Positions 1 through 9,723 are shown, counted from the stretch's first letter. The stretch: DNA of 64,000 bases from Vulcanimicrobiota bacterium (GCA_963778045.1 CAVZSY010000005.1:174999-238998); one strand, 5' to 3'. The notes: generated by a model from the sequence alone, not told the origin. Made by a program: numbers and translations.

Positions 1-695
1 CGGCCGGCGTGCACGGCGATCGCGGCCATCCACGGTGCGACCACCAAGAGGAAGGCGGTCAGGCTGATCGCCCAGCTCCGCAGCGACGGCCAGCGCATCG
101 GCTCGCTGCGGTTGTTCCACCAAGCGTATGGGACGATGACTAACAGCGCGACCACCGGCGCTACGGGGCCCTTGGCCAAAAACCCGAATCCGGCCGCGAT
201 CCAACCGTAAATCATGTAGCGGTCGCGCCCGGACTCCAGCGCCCGGAACCACCAGAAGATCGTCAGTGCGACCGCCATGTCGAGCAGCGCGTCCATGATC
301 GCTAGCCGTCCGATCACCGCCTGCATCAGCGCGCTCGAAAGGATGGCGCTAGCATAGATGCCGATCCGCGTTCCGGCCTGGCGCGCGACCGCATACCCCG
401 TCATTGCCCCCATCGCGATCGTGGCGATCGCCGATGGTAGACGCAGCGCGAATGCGGTGACGCCCAAGAGTTTGGCGAAAATCGCGCCAATCCAAAAGTA
501 AAGCGGGGGCTGCACGAACCACGGGTCGCCGTTGAGATGCATGACGATCCAGTCATGCGTAAGCAAGATCTCCCGGGCGACTTCGCCGTAGGCGGTCTCG
601 CTGTTATCCCACAGGGTTCCGACGCCAAGGCCCGGCAACGTGATCATCGCCGCAATGAGTGCGCCGACAAAAGCCGCACGCGCGGGTCTCTCCAT
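1..695 (-). CDS. GT-C glycosyltransferase, ArnT/PMT-like (family 39/83), N-terminal part; 3' end lies outside the window
   Basis: Own minus-strand translation from ATG 693-695: MERPARAAFVGALIAAMITLPGLGVGTLWDNSETAYGEVAREILLTHDWIVMHLNGDPWFVQPPLYFWIGAI... It has the LWDxSExxYxExARE loop motif and serial hydrophobic helices. Absent from the ORF track because there is no stop inside the window. Confidence 0.7.
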   Translation of the reverse strand, partial: MERPARAAFVGALIAAMITLPGLGVGTLWDNSETAYGEVAREILLTHDWIVMHLNGDPWFVQPPLYFWIGAIFAKLLGVTAFALRLPSAIATIAMGAMTGYAVARQAGTRIGIYASAILSSALMQAVIGRLAIMDALLDMAVALTIFWWFRALESGRDRYMIYGWIAAGFGFLAKGPVAPVVALLVIVPYAWWNNRSEPMRWPSLRSWAISLTAFLLVVAPWMAAIAVHAG

Positions 696-746
696 ATCGA
701 CGGACGGTGTTTGGCACCCCGGCGCGGAACTCATTTCCTCAAGCTC

Positions 747-1436
747 ATGCTTCCGATTGCCCTGCGTACCGCCGGCCGGCGAGCACTCGTCGTCGGCGGC
801 GGCAACGTCGCCGCGCGCAAGGCGCCCGCACTGCTCGAAGCCGGTCTTGCGATCACCGTCGTCGCTCCGACGATCGGCGCTGCACTGCGCGCGCTGGCCG
901 CCGAAAATGACGTTCGTATCATCGAACGCGCGTACGAGAGCGGCGACCTCGACGGCATCGACCTCGTGCTCGCGGCCACGAACCTTGCGCCGATCAACGA
1001 ACGCATCGTCGCCGATGCCCGCGCCGCCCGCCTGCCCGTCTGCGACGCCGTCGAACCCGAACGCGGCGATTTCACGATGCAGGCGACCGTCCGCGTCGGG
1101 GAGCTCACGTTTACGGTCGATTCGGGCGGAAGCACGCCCGCGTTCGCGCGCCGGATCGCCGATGAAATTCGCGAGCGGTTCGGTCCGCAGTATGACGCCG
1201 CCGCGCGCACGCTTTCGCGCATGCGTACCTACGTGCGCGCCGTCGTCGATCCGGCCCATCGCGCTGCCGTGCTGCGCACGCTCTCCGCATTGCCTATCGA
1301 GGAACTCGCCGGACTGAACCCCGTGCAAGCCGAGCACTGGTTGAAGAAACGATCGAGCACGAACTCCACGGCGCTCACGAGGCGCGGCCGCCTACGAGCG
1401 TGGTGTGCGCGTCGCGCGCGAGCGCGCTTGCAATGA
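747..1436 (+). CDS. Precorrin-2 dehydrogenase / sirohydrochlorin ferrochelatase (SirC/Met8/CysG-N family)
   Basis: Part of ORF 537..1436. Rossmann start RRALVVGGGNVAARKAPALLEAGLAITVVAP and DSGGSTPAFARRIADEI fit CysG-N/Met8. Start placed at ATG 747. The Arg-rich last ~30 aa look out of frame (see finding). Confidence 0.65.
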   Translation: MLPIALRTAGRRALVVGGGNVAARKAPALLEAGLAITVVAPTIGAALRALAAENDVRIIERAYESGDLDGIDLVLAATNLAPINERIVADARAARLPVCDAVEPERGDFTMQATVRVGELTFTVDSGGSTPAFARRIADEIRERFGPQYDAAARTLSRMRTYVRAVVDPAHRAAVLRTLSALPIEELAGLNPVQAEHWLKKRSSTNSTALTRRGRLRAWCARRARARLQ

Positions 1437-2635
1437 CGCAAACGCGCATGGTCGCCGCGCGCCTCGCGCAGCGCGGTATCGCAACGACGATCCTCAACGT
1501 CTCGACCACCGGCGATCGCGTGCAGGACCGTCCGATCAGCGAGCTTGGCAGCGTCAACGTGTGGGTCAAGGAACTCGAGGTCGCGCTGGCGGACAAACGC
1601 GCGGATTACGCGGTGCACTCGTGCAAGGACCTTCCCGGTATGCTTGCGCCGGGGATGCGCCTGGCGGCGATCTCGTCGCGCGAAGACCCGCGTGACGCGT
1701 TCTGCAGCGAACGCTACGCGCGCTTCGAGGATCTTCCCGCCGGCGCGCGCGTCGGCACCTCGAGCCAGCGACGCCGCGCGCAATTACATGCGCTGCGCCC
1801 GGATCTGCGGTACGACGATTTGCGCGGCAACGTCGACACGCGTTTGCGCAAACTGCGCGATGGGGAGTACGACGCAATCGTACTTGCGATGGCGGGCCTT
1901 AATCGCTTAGGCGTTCGCGCCGCGCACACCGTCCCGTTCGATCCGCAATCGCTCGTCCCGGCGGTCGGTCAAGGCGCGCTCGCCGTCGAGACGCTCACGG
2001 ATGCAGACGCCCTTGCCGCAGACCTGCACGCGTGCATCAACGACCCCGCCGCAGAGCTCTGCATCGAAGCCGAACGCGCAGCGCTTCGCATGCTGCGGGC
2101 TGGATGCAGCGCACCGCTGGGCGTTCACGCCTACATCGACGGCGAGACGATGATCGTCGACGCGGCCTTCGGTACGTCCGACGGACGGCTACTTCGCGAG
2201 TCGCTGCGCGAGCGCGTCACCGATCTCGACGCCGCGCGCGCCTTGGGCGAACGGATCGCGCAGCGCTTGGAACGCGGGCGGTCCGGCTTGCGCCGCGTCG
2301 TGCTGCCGCGGACGCAGGACCGTCCCAGTCGCATCGCATCCGCCCTGCGCGAGCGCGGGGTCCAGGTCGTAGAGGTTCGCGAGGGCGAATCCGACCACAC
2401 GCTGATGGAGTCGATTCCCGATATGCTGCTCTTTCCGTCCAGTGGCGCCGTCGCGGCGCTGCGGCCGTACTTGGAATGGCTGCGCTCGCAGCCGCACCGC
2501 CCGTTGGTCGCGGCCATGGGGCCGCAGTCCGGCTCGGCCGCGCGCGAGGCAGGGTTCGCACCCGACATCGTGGCCGAAGATGCGAGCATCGACGCGTTCG
2601 TCGCGGCGGTGGCCGCGCGATTGGAGATGGCATGA
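1400..2635 (+). CDS. hemC: Porphobilinogen deaminase with a ~115-aa C-terminal HemD-like (uroporphyrinogen-III synthase-like) extension
   Basis: ORF 1400..2635 (GTG start). HemC-like [50 protein letters not shown] (cofactor Cys). The tail [23 protein letters not shown]...[12 protein letters not shown]...[17 protein letters not shown] resembles the two ends of HemD. Confidence 0.8.
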   Translation: MVCASRASALAMTQTRMVAARLAQRGIATTILNVSTTGDRVQDRPISELGSVNVWVKELEVALADKRADYAVHSCKDLPGMLAPGMRLAAISSREDPRDAFCSERYARFEDLPAGARVGTSSQRRRAQLHALRPDLRYDDLRGNVDTRLRKLRDGEYDAIVLAMAGLNRLGVRAAHTVPFDPQSLVPAVGQGALAVETLTDADALAADLHACINDPAAELCIEAERAALRMLRAGCSAPLGVHAYIDGETMIVDAAFGTSDGRLLRESLRERVTDLDAARALGERIAQRLERGRSGLRRVVLPRTQDRPSRIASALRERGVQVVEVREGESDHTLMESIPDMLLFPSSGAVAALRPYLEWLRSQPHRPLVAAMGPQSGSAAREAGFAPDIVAEDASIDAFVAAVAARLEMA

Positions 2636-3606
2636 TCCGTCCGCGACGTTTACGACGAACGCCGGTCGTGCGCGCGATGGTGCGCGAACACGCGGTGCGC
2701 GTCGACGCCCTGGTGATGCCGCTGTTCGTCGCCGCGCGCGATGCCGACGCAGGTCCGATCTCCTCGATGCCGGGCATCAGCCGGCTCACGCTGAGCCAGA
2801 GCGTCGACGAAGCGCGCGAGTTACATGCCCTGGGCGTGCGCAGCGTACTGCTCTTCGGCATCCCCGAATTCAAAGACGCCGTCGCGACGAGCAACTACGA
2901 TCCAAACGGCATCGTGCAGCGCGCGGTCACCGCGATCAAAGCTGCCGTACCGGAGATGTACGTCATCGCCGATCTGTGCAACTGCGAATATACCGATCAC
3001 GGTCACTGCGGAATCATCGACAAAAACGGCGACGTCGACAACGACGCGACGGTGGCGCTGCTCGCGCGCACGGCCCTAACCTACGCGCAAGCCGGCGTCG
3101 ACGTGATCGCGCCGTCCGACATGATGGACGGGCGCGTCGGCGCGCTGCGCGCCGCGCTCGACGAAGCCGGCTACACCGATGTCGCGATCATGGCGTACAG
3201 CGCGAAATACGCATCGGCATTTTACGGACCGTTTCGCGAAGCGGCGGGTTCCGCGCCCGCTTTCGGCGACCGGCGCACCTATCAGATGGATCCGCCCAAC
3301 GCGCGCGAAGCGATGCGCGAGATCGCGCTGGATATCGAGGAAGGCGCCGATGTCGTGATGGTCAAGCCCGCCCTTCCCTATCTCGACATCGTGCGCATGA
3401 CGCGCGATGCATTCGACGTTCCGGTCGCGGTCTACAACGTCAGCGGCGAATATTCGATGGTGATGGCCGCGATCGAACGCGGATGGCTCGAACCCGAGCG
3501 CACGATCGACGAACTGCTGGTCTCATTCGTCCGCGCCGGCGCCGACATCATCATCACCTATTTTGCCAAGGAGTACGCCCGCCGTGCTGCCCGCAGCAAT
3601 ATCTGA
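2632..3606 (+). CDS. hemB: Porphobilinogen synthase (delta-aminolevulinate dehydratase), Zn-type
   Basis: In-frame part of ORF 2032..3606 from ATG 2632 (ATGA overlap with the hemC stop). Motifs [19 protein letters not shown], Cys-rich metal site [36 protein letters not shown]. Confidence 0.9.
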   Translation: MIRPRRLRRTPVVRAMVREHAVRVDALVMPLFVAARDADAGPISSMPGISRLTLSQSVDEARELHALGVRSVLLFGIPEFKDAVATSNYDPNGIVQRAVTAIKAAVPEMYVIADLCNCEYTDHGHCGIIDKNGDVDNDATVALLARTALTYAQAGVDVIAPSDMMDGRVGALRAALDEAGYTDVAIMAYSAKYASAFYGPFREAAGSAPAFGDRRTYQMDPPNAREAMREIALDIEEGADVVMVKPALPYLDIVRMTRDAFDVPVAVYNVSGEYSMVMAAIERGWLEPERTIDELLVSFVRAGADIIITYFAKEYARRAARSNI

Positions 3607-4165
3607 TCTGGCGATCGTCATATTGGCCGGAGGGCGGGCTTCCCGCTTTCCTGGAAAACTCGAGGCGCCGATCGCCGGCGAGCCGCTGCTCGCGCGTGTC
3701 TATCGATCAGCTTCGCGACCTCGGTCCGGTGACCGTTGCCGGACGCGACACGTTTTCGCCGCAGCTCGACGCGCTGCTGGATTGTCCGATCGTGGTCGAT
3801 CGCTGGCCCGATCTCGGACCGCTCGGCGGATTGCTCAGCGCGGCGCAGGAGAGCGGCGCGGCGCGCATCTTCGCCGTCGCAGGCGACGCACCGTTCGTCA
3901 TGCCGGCGAAGTCCTCGATGCCCTGCGCGGCGCGTGGCGCGACGGCGACCAGGCTGCGGTGCCCGAACACGGTGGACGCCTCGAACCGCTCGCCGCGCTC
4001 TACGACCGCAGCGCGCTGATCCGCGAAGCGCACGCGTCACTAGGCGGCAACGATCTTTCGATGCACGGCATGCTCGCCCGCCTTCGCATTCGTGCCGTTC
4101 CGATGGACGAGCGGTATTTCGCCAACGTCAACACCGCGGCCGATCTGCCGCTAGGACAAGGATAG
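3584..4165 (+). pseudogene. mobA: Molybdenum cofactor guanylyltransferase MobA, interrupted as sequenced by two frameshifts that together restore the frame
   Basis: N-terminus AIVILAGGRASRFPGKLEAPIAGEPLLARVY and C-terminus EVLDALRGAW...GGRLEPLAALYD are in the frame of ORF 3563..4165. The core DQLRDLGPVTVAGRD...DRWPDLGPLGGLLSA...IFAVAGDAPFV is in the frame of ORF 2442..4019. Junctions at ~3700 (+1) and ~3905 (-1). GTG 3584 follows AAGGAG. Confidence 0.6.
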
Positions 4166-4169
4166 TCTT

Positions 4170-5468
4170 TTGAAAATCGAACGCTCGATCTCCGCGTTCA
4201 CGCGCGCGAAAAACGTCATCGCCGGCGGCGTCAACTCCTCGGTGCGCGCGTTCAAAGCCGTCGGCGGATCGCCGATCTTCATGAAGAGCGGCGCGGGCGC
4301 GATGATCTGCGACATCGACGGACACGAATTTATCGACTACGTCCTTTCGTGGGGACCGTTGATTTTGGGGCACGCACACCCCGCGGTCGTCAAAGCAATC
4401 GCGGCGGCGGCGGCGCGCGGAAGTTCGTTCGGTACGCCGACCGAAGCCGAAAGCGAACTTGCCGAACTGATCGTCGCGATGGTGCCCAGCATCGAACGCG
4501 TGCGCTTTACTTCCAGCGGCACCGAAGCGACGATGAACGCCGTGCGCCTGGCGCGCGGGTACACGCGTCGCGAAAAGATCGTCAAATTCGCAGGCTGCTA
4601 TCACGGCGCAGCCGATGGGTTCCTGATCTCGGCCGGCTCGAGCGCGCTTACGCTGGGTGTTCCCAACTCACCGGGCATTCCCAAGGGCACCGCAGCCGAC
4701 ACGATCGTCGTCGCGTACAACGACACCGCCGCGCTCGACGACGCCTTCAAACAATACGGCGATCAGATCGCCGGCGTCATCGTCGAACCGTACGTCGGCA
4801 ATATGGGCCTGGTGATGCCGCGGGAAGGCTATCTCGAACATCTGCGCGCGGTGTGCACGCAGCACAAAGCCCTGTTGATCTTCGACGAGGTGATGACCGG
4901 ATTTCGCGTTGCGCGCGGCGGCGTGCAAGAACGCACCGGGGTGATACCCGACCTAACGACGCTGGGCAAGGTGATCGGCGGCGGTCTGCCGGTCGGCGCA
5001 TTCGGCGGACGCGCCGACGTCATGGCCTACCTTACGCCCGAGGGGCCGGTCTTCCACGCCGGCACGCTATCGGGCAATCCGCTGGCGATGGCCGCCGGAA
5101 TCGCCACCCTCAAAATCGTGCGCGACGACACCACGCTCTACGAGCGGCTCGAAGTGCTCACGCGCCTGCTCGCCGAGGGTTTGCGCGAAGTCTTCAGCAA
5201 GCACGGCGTGCCCCATCAAACCGCCTACGCGGGGTCCATGTTCGGGTTCTTCTTCACAAATGAAGAAGTTTTTGATCTGATGGGAGCCATGAAGTCCGAT
5301 ACGGCGCTCTACGCGAAGTACTTCCACGCCATGCTCGACCACGGTGTCTACCTCGCCCCCTCCCAGTTCGAAGCCGGATTCGTTTCCAGCGCTCATTCCA
5401 CGCGCGACGTCGAGCGCACGCTTGCCGCCGCGGATGCAAGTCTGGCTGAGATCCGCCAAGCCGTATGA
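4170..5468 (+). CDS. hemL: Glutamate-1-semialdehyde 2,1-aminomutase
   Basis: ORF 4170..5468 (TTG start). GGVNSSVRAF, SWGPLILGHAHP, FDEVMTGFRV and TLGKVIGGGLP (PLP lysine region) are typical of HemL. Confidence 0.9.
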   Translation: MKIERSISAFTRAKNVIAGGVNSSVRAFKAVGGSPIFMKSGAGAMICDIDGHEFIDYVLSWGPLILGHAHPAVVKAIAAAAARGSSFGTPTEAESELAELIVAMVPSIERVRFTSSGTEATMNAVRLARGYTRREKIVKFAGCYHGAADGFLISAGSSALTLGVPNSPGIPKGTAADTIVVAYNDTAALDDAFKQYGDQIAGVIVEPYVGNMGLVMPREGYLEHLRAVCTQHKALLIFDEVMTGFRVARGGVQERTGVIPDLTTLGKVIGGGLPVGAFGGRADVMAYLTPEGPVFHAGTLSGNPLAMAAGIATLKIVRDDTTLYERLEVLTRLLAEGLREVFSKHGVPHQTAYAGSMFGFFFTNEEVFDLMGAMKSDTALYAKYFHAMLDHGVYLAPSQFEAGFVSSAHSTRDVERTLAAADASLAEIRQAV

Positions 5469-6106
5469 TCGATCCCGCAAGTCCTCGCCTCTACACCTAT
5501 CACCGGGCGTTGCGGGAAGCCGCCGCGGCCGGAGGGAGCACGATCACCTCGCAGGGGCTGGCTGCACTGCTCGGCCATACGATTTCGAGTACCCAGATTC
5601 GAAAGGACCTTGCCGCGCTGGGCGCCGTGGGACGGCGGGGCTGCGGGTATGCGATCAATCCGCTAGTGGAGCAACTCGCCTTCGTCCTAGGATTGGAGCA
5701 TGAGTGGCGTATCGCGATCGCGGGGTTCGGCTTTTTGGGCCACGCGCTCGCAACGTTCATCGCTTCCCGCGAGTCACGGTTTCATATCACCGCGATTTTC
5801 GACAACTCACCCGCAGTGATCGGCCAGGACTGGAACGGACGTACGGTGGCAGATATCACAACCTTGGAACACCACGTGCGCGGCGACGACTGTAACATCG
5901 GCGTCATCGCGGTCCCTGCGGCCGCCGCACCCGCGATCGCGCAGCGCATGGCATCGTCGGGCATTCGCGCCATCCTGAACTTCGCGCCCGCCACACTGCA
6001 TCTACGTAAACCCGTGCTCGTGCGCAACATTGATTTAGCGGGCGAGCTCTCGATGCTCACTCACTGGCTAACCGTCGACGACGCGCAAGCCCAGGAGCGC
6101 GCCTGA
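5465..6106 (+). CDS. rex: Redox-sensing transcriptional repressor Rex
   Basis: ORF 5465..6106. N-terminal winged helix (ITSQGLAALLGHTISSTQIRKDLAALG) plus Rossmann IAIAGFGFLGHALA and ILNFAP. ATGA overlap with hemL; its stop overlaps the hemA ATG. Confidence 0.8.
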   Translation: MIDPASPRLYTYHRALREAAAAGGSTITSQGLAALLGHTISSTQIRKDLAALGAVGRRGCGYAINPLVEQLAFVLGLEHEWRIAIAGFGFLGHALATFIASRESRFHITAIFDNSPAVIGQDWNGRTVADITTLEHHVRGDDCNIGVIAVPAAAAPAIAQRMASSGIRAILNFAPATLHLRKPVLVRNIDLAGELSMLTHWLTVDDAQAQERA

Positions 6107-7443
6107 TGCCGCTGGTCTGCATGGGCCTCTCGCACAATACCGCGCCGGTCGAAGTACGCGAACGACACGCCTTCCCGGCCGCGCGTGTGGTCGAAGCATT
6201 GGTCGCGCTCAACGATTACTCGTCGGTGAAGGAAGCCGCGATTCTGCAGACGTGCGGACGCTTGGAGATTTACGCGGAGCTCGACGATTATGAGTCGGGC
6301 GTCGCGCAATTGCGTTCGTTTCTAGGCAACTTCGGACACGGCGCGGTGCTCTCGCGCTACGATCTCGATTCCTATCTCTATACGCTGCTCGGGCGCCAGG
6401 CGATCGAACATCTCTTCCGCGTCTCGACCGGGCTGGACTCGATGCTGATCGGCGAAGCCGAGATTCTCGGCCAAGTCAAAGACGCATACATCCAGGGCCA
6501 GCAGGCGCGCTCGCTCGGCAAATCGCTACACCGGTTGTTCCGTGAGGCGCTCAATGCCGGCAAGCACGCGCGCTCGCAGACGCACATCGGTGACGAGTCG
6601 ACGTCGATCGCGACGGCGGCGATCGAAGCAGCCAAAGCGCGGCTCGGATCACTCGAGGGCACCGCGGTCGTCATCATCGGCGCCGGCAAGATGGGGCGCA
6701 CTGCCGTTCGCCGTTTGCGTCAGGAAGGCACGCAGCGGCTAATCGTCACCAACCGCACGATGTCGCGCGCGCAGGAACTGATCGCGGAGGTCGGTTTCGG
6801 CGAAGCCATCGAGCTGCCCGGACTCACCGACGCGCTCTCCGCGGCCGATATCGTCGTTACGTCGACGGGAGCGTCGCACTTCGTCGTAACGCCCGAGCAC
6901 GTGCGAACCGCGATGGCCGCACGGCCGCACCGCCCGCTGTTCATCATCGACATCGCCGTACCGCGCGACGTCGACCCCGACGTCCGCGCGATACCGAACG
7001 TCTCGCTGATCGACGTCGACGGCCTGCGCAGCGTGGTGGACGAAACGCTCGAGATCCGGCGCGCGTCGATCCCGCAGGTCGAAGAGATCATCGAGGAGTT
7101 CATCGCGCGCTACGGCGCATGGTATCAGTCGCGGCTGGCCGTCCCGGTCATCGCATCGCTCACCCAGAAAGCCGAGGCGATTCGCACCGCCGAACTCGCG
7201 CGCTTGTTCGCCCGCTGCCCCGATCTCACCGAGCGTGAGAAGATGCTCGTCACCGGCATGTCGATGACGATCGTCTCGAAGATGCTTCACTCGGTCGTCG
7301 TGAAAATTCGAGAGAAAGCCACCAGCAATCACGCCGAAGCGATCTCGCACGCCCGCATGCTCGACGAACTCTTCGAACTCAATCTGGCCGATCGGATGGC
7401 GGAGTTGCTCCCGCCCGCGCTTCTCGCCGACATCGATGAGTGA
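6106..7443 (+). CDS. hemA: Glutamyl-tRNA reductase
   Basis: ORF 6106..7443. MGLSHNTAPVEVRE, catalytic Cys context ILQTCGRLEIY, NADPH fold VVIIGAGKMG. Confidence 0.9.
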   Translation: MPLVCMGLSHNTAPVEVRERHAFPAARVVEALVALNDYSSVKEAAILQTCGRLEIYAELDDYESGVAQLRSFLGNFGHGAVLSRYDLDSYLYTLLGRQAIEHLFRVSTGLDSMLIGEAEILGQVKDAYIQGQQARSLGKSLHRLFREALNAGKHARSQTHIGDESTSIATAAIEAAKARLGSLEGTAVVIIGAGKMGRTAVRRLRQEGTQRLIVTNRTMSRAQELIAEVGFGEAIELPGLTDALSAADIVVTSTGASHFVVTPEHVRTAMAARPHRPLFIIDIAVPRDVDPDVRAIPNVSLIDVDGLRSVVDETLEIRRASIPQVEEIIEEFIARYGAWYQSRLAVPVIASLTQKAEAIRTAELARLFARCPDLTEREKMLVTGMSMTIVSKMLHSVVVKIREKATSNHAEAISHARMLDELFELNLADRMAELLPPALLADIDE

Positions 7444-8953
7444 CGGCCGCGTCGTCTTGGCCGGTGCGGGGCCGGGCGACCCCGGGTTGCTCACGCTGCG
7501 TGCCGCCGATGCGCTCGCGCACGCCGACGTCTTGCTCTACGACGCGCTAGCCAGCGATCCGATCGTCGCGCTCGCACCGCCGTCGTGCGAACGGATTTAC
7601 GTCGGCAAACGCGGCGGCAATCACGCGCTGCCGCAGGAACAGATCGAAGCGCTGATGATCGCCAAGGCACGCGAAGGCAAGACCGTCGTGCGTCTCAAAG
7701 GCGGCGACCCATACGTCTTCGGTCGTGGCGGTGAAGAAGCGCAACGTCTGCACGAAGAAGGCATCGCGTTCGAAGTCGTACCGGGCATCAGTTCGTCGAT
7801 CGCCGCGCCCGCGTACGCCGGCATTCCGGTGACGCATCGCGATTTCAACCCGGCGTTCACGATCGCGACCGGGCACGAAGATCCGGCCAAGCCCGCATCG
7901 ACGATCGATTGGGATAAGCTCGCCGATCCGCATCGCACGCTCGTGCTGCTGATGGCGATGGGCAACCTCGCCGGCATCTGCGACCGTCTGGTCGAGAAGG
8001 GCCTGACATCCGATACACCTGTCGCCGTCATTCAAGACGGAACGCGGCCGACACAGCGCACCGTTACCGGAACGCTCGCTACGATCGCGGACGACGCGGC
8101 GCGCGCGGGCCTCGTCGCGCCGGCCATCGTGGTCGTCGGCCAGGTCGTCTCGCTGCGCGAACAGTTGCGCTGGTATGACCGCCGTCCGCTCTTCGGTAAA
8201 CGCGTGCTGATCACGCGTCCCTCGCACCAAGCGCACGAGTTCGCTCGAGCGCTCTACGCCCGCGGCGTCGAACCGATCCTCGCGTCGACGATCGCAATCG
8301 TGCCGCCCGACAATACGCACGACGCCCACCATGCGATCGACGAGATTGCGGCGTACGCGTGGGTCGTCTTCACGTCGCAGAACGGCGTTGACGCGTTCTT
8401 TGACCGGCTTGCTTCGCTCGACACCGATGCGCGCTACCTCGCACGCGTCAAGGTTGCCGCGATCGGCGCGAAGACCGCGCAGCGCCTGCGCGACCACGGC
8501 GTGCGCGCCGACCTCGTTCCGGCCGCATTCATCAGCGAAGAGATCGGCCGCGCGCTGATCGAGGCGACCAAGACCGGCGATCGCATTTTGGTGTATCGCG
8601 CGCAAGAAGCGCGCGATGTGCTGCCGCAGATGCTCGACGACGCCGGACGCCGCGCGCACGTCGTCGCCGCATACAAGACGATCTTCGATGTCGATCCGAA
8701 GCTCGCCGAAAAGGCCGCGCGCGCCGACGTGCTCACCTTCACCAGCGCGAGCACCGTTCGCGGCTTTGCTGCGCTTCTGGGTGGAAATGCTGCCGCTGTC
8801 GAGGCAGCACACGGGAAGATCGTTGCCTGTATCGGACCGGTCACTGCCGAAACGGCCGAAGAGATCGGCCTGCACGTGGACGTCGTCGCCGACGTTTTCA
8901 CGACCGACGGCTTGCTCGACGCGCTCGAACACCACCTCACGCTCTACACATGA
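7436..8953 (+). CDS. Uroporphyrinogen-III C-methyltransferase fused to uroporphyrinogen-III synthase (CobA/HemD)
   Basis: ORF 7436..8953. N-terminal half has LAGAGPGDPGLLTLRA, VVRLKGGDPYVFGRGGEE, VPGISS (tetrapyrrole methylase). C-terminal half from LFGKRVLITRP... through VKVAAIGAKTA...IVACIGPVTA is HemD-like. Confidence 0.85.
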   Translation: MSDGRVVLAGAGPGDPGLLTLRAADALAHADVLLYDALASDPIVALAPPSCERIYVGKRGGNHALPQEQIEALMIAKAREGKTVVRLKGGDPYVFGRGGEEAQRLHEEGIAFEVVPGISSSIAAPAYAGIPVTHRDFNPAFTIATGHEDPAKPASTIDWDKLADPHRTLVLLMAMGNLAGICDRLVEKGLTSDTPVAVIQDGTRPTQRTVTGTLATIADDAARAGLVAPAIVVVGQVVSLREQLRWYDRRPLFGKRVLITRPSHQAHEFARALYARGVEPILASTIAIVPPDNTHDAHHAIDEIAAYAWVVFTSQNGVDAFFDRLASLDTDARYLARVKVAAIGAKTAQRLRDHGVRADLVPAAFISEEIGRALIEATKTGDRILVYRAQEARDVLPQMLDDAGRRAHVVAAYKTIFDVDPKLAEKAARADVLTFTSASTVRGFAALLGGNAAAVEAAHGKIVACIGPVTAETAEEIGLHVDVVADVFTTDGLLDALEHHLTLYT

Positions 8954-9723
8954 CCCTCGCGATCGCGGCGATCGCCGCCGCGGTCGTTGCAGCCGGCGCA
9001 TGGCGCGCGCACGCGCTTACGCGCGGCGGCGCGCTCGCAGCCTTCGCGGTTGGAACGATTGCGTTCGGCCTTGGCGGATGGGCCGGCGCGCTGGTGCTCT
9101 TTTCGTTCTTCCTTCCCTCGATGTTGCTTTCTCGCGTCGGGCGCGCGCGCAAGCGCGCGCTCACCGACATCGGCAAACAAGGCGCGCGTGATGCGTGGCA
9201 GGTGCTCGCCAATGGCGGTGTCGCGTCGATCGCCCTGCTGCTCGCGTCCCACTACGGGGCGCCGATGGCGACCGCGTTCGCGGGAGCCTTCGCCGCCGCC
9301 GCCGCCGATACGTGGGCGACGGAGGTCGGCACGCTCGCGCGCGGACTGCCGCGCTCGATTCTGACCTTTCGGCCGCTGGCGACCGGACTCTCCGGCGGCG
9401 TCACCTGGCAGGGCACGCTCGCGCAATGCGGCGGCGCTGCCGTGGTTGCAGCGGCCGCCGCAGGGTCGCACTTCGCGCCGTTCGACCCGGTGCTCGTCGG
9501 CGGAATTGCCGGATCGCTGGCCGATTCGATCGCCGGTGCGAGCGTGCAATCGCTGCGCTACTGTCCGGCATGCGCGCGCGACTGCGAGATCGACCCACAC
9601 GATTGCGGCACGCCCACCCGGCTGCGCCGCGGCGTTTCCTGGATGACCAACGACGCCGTCAATCTGACCGCCACGCTCATCGGCGCGCTGGTCGCCGCCG
9701 CCCTAGGTCACGCGCTGCGCTAG
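8950..9723 (+). CDS. DUF92/TMEM19-family integral membrane protein
   Basis: ORF 8950..9723. Polytopic, with SRVGRARKRAL...GARDAWQVLANGGVASI and TEVGTL motifs as I recall for DUF92. A Cys/His cluster CPACARDCEIDPHDC lies near the C-terminus. Confidence 0.55.
   Translation: MTLAIAAIAAAVVAAGAWRAHALTRGGALAAFAVGTIAFGLGGWAGALVLFSFFLPSMLLSRVGRARKRALTDIGKQGARDAWQVLANGGVASIALLLASHYGAPMATAFAGAFAAAAADTWATEVGTLARGLPRSILTFRPLATGLSGGVTWQGTLAQCGGAAVVAAAAAGSHFAPFDPVLVGGIAGSLADSIAGASVQSLRYCPACARDCEIDPHDCGTPTRLRRGVSWMTNDAVNLTATLIGALVAAALGHALR

Noticed and set aside
5249-5268. Perfect palindrome CTTCTTCA-caaa-TGAAGAAG inside hemL, about 200 nt upstream of rex, considered as a Rex operator.
   Set aside because: It does not match the TTGTGAA...TTCACAA Rex consensus. 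It lies within conserved coding sequence (FFFTNEEVF) and can be explained by the codons alone.
7547-9001. Long antisense or off-frame ORFs, e.g. 7547..9001(-), 2442..4019(+), 21146..22078(-), 27880..28968(-), 34383..35834(+), 37001..38101(+), 56448..57866(+), 58262..59497(+), and the 5' part of 19349..22750.
   Set aside because: Their translations are Arg/Ala/Pro/Gly-rich with no family motifs. Each fully overlaps a gene with clear homology-type motifs on the other strand or frame. Such ORFs are the expected by-product of about 70% G+C.
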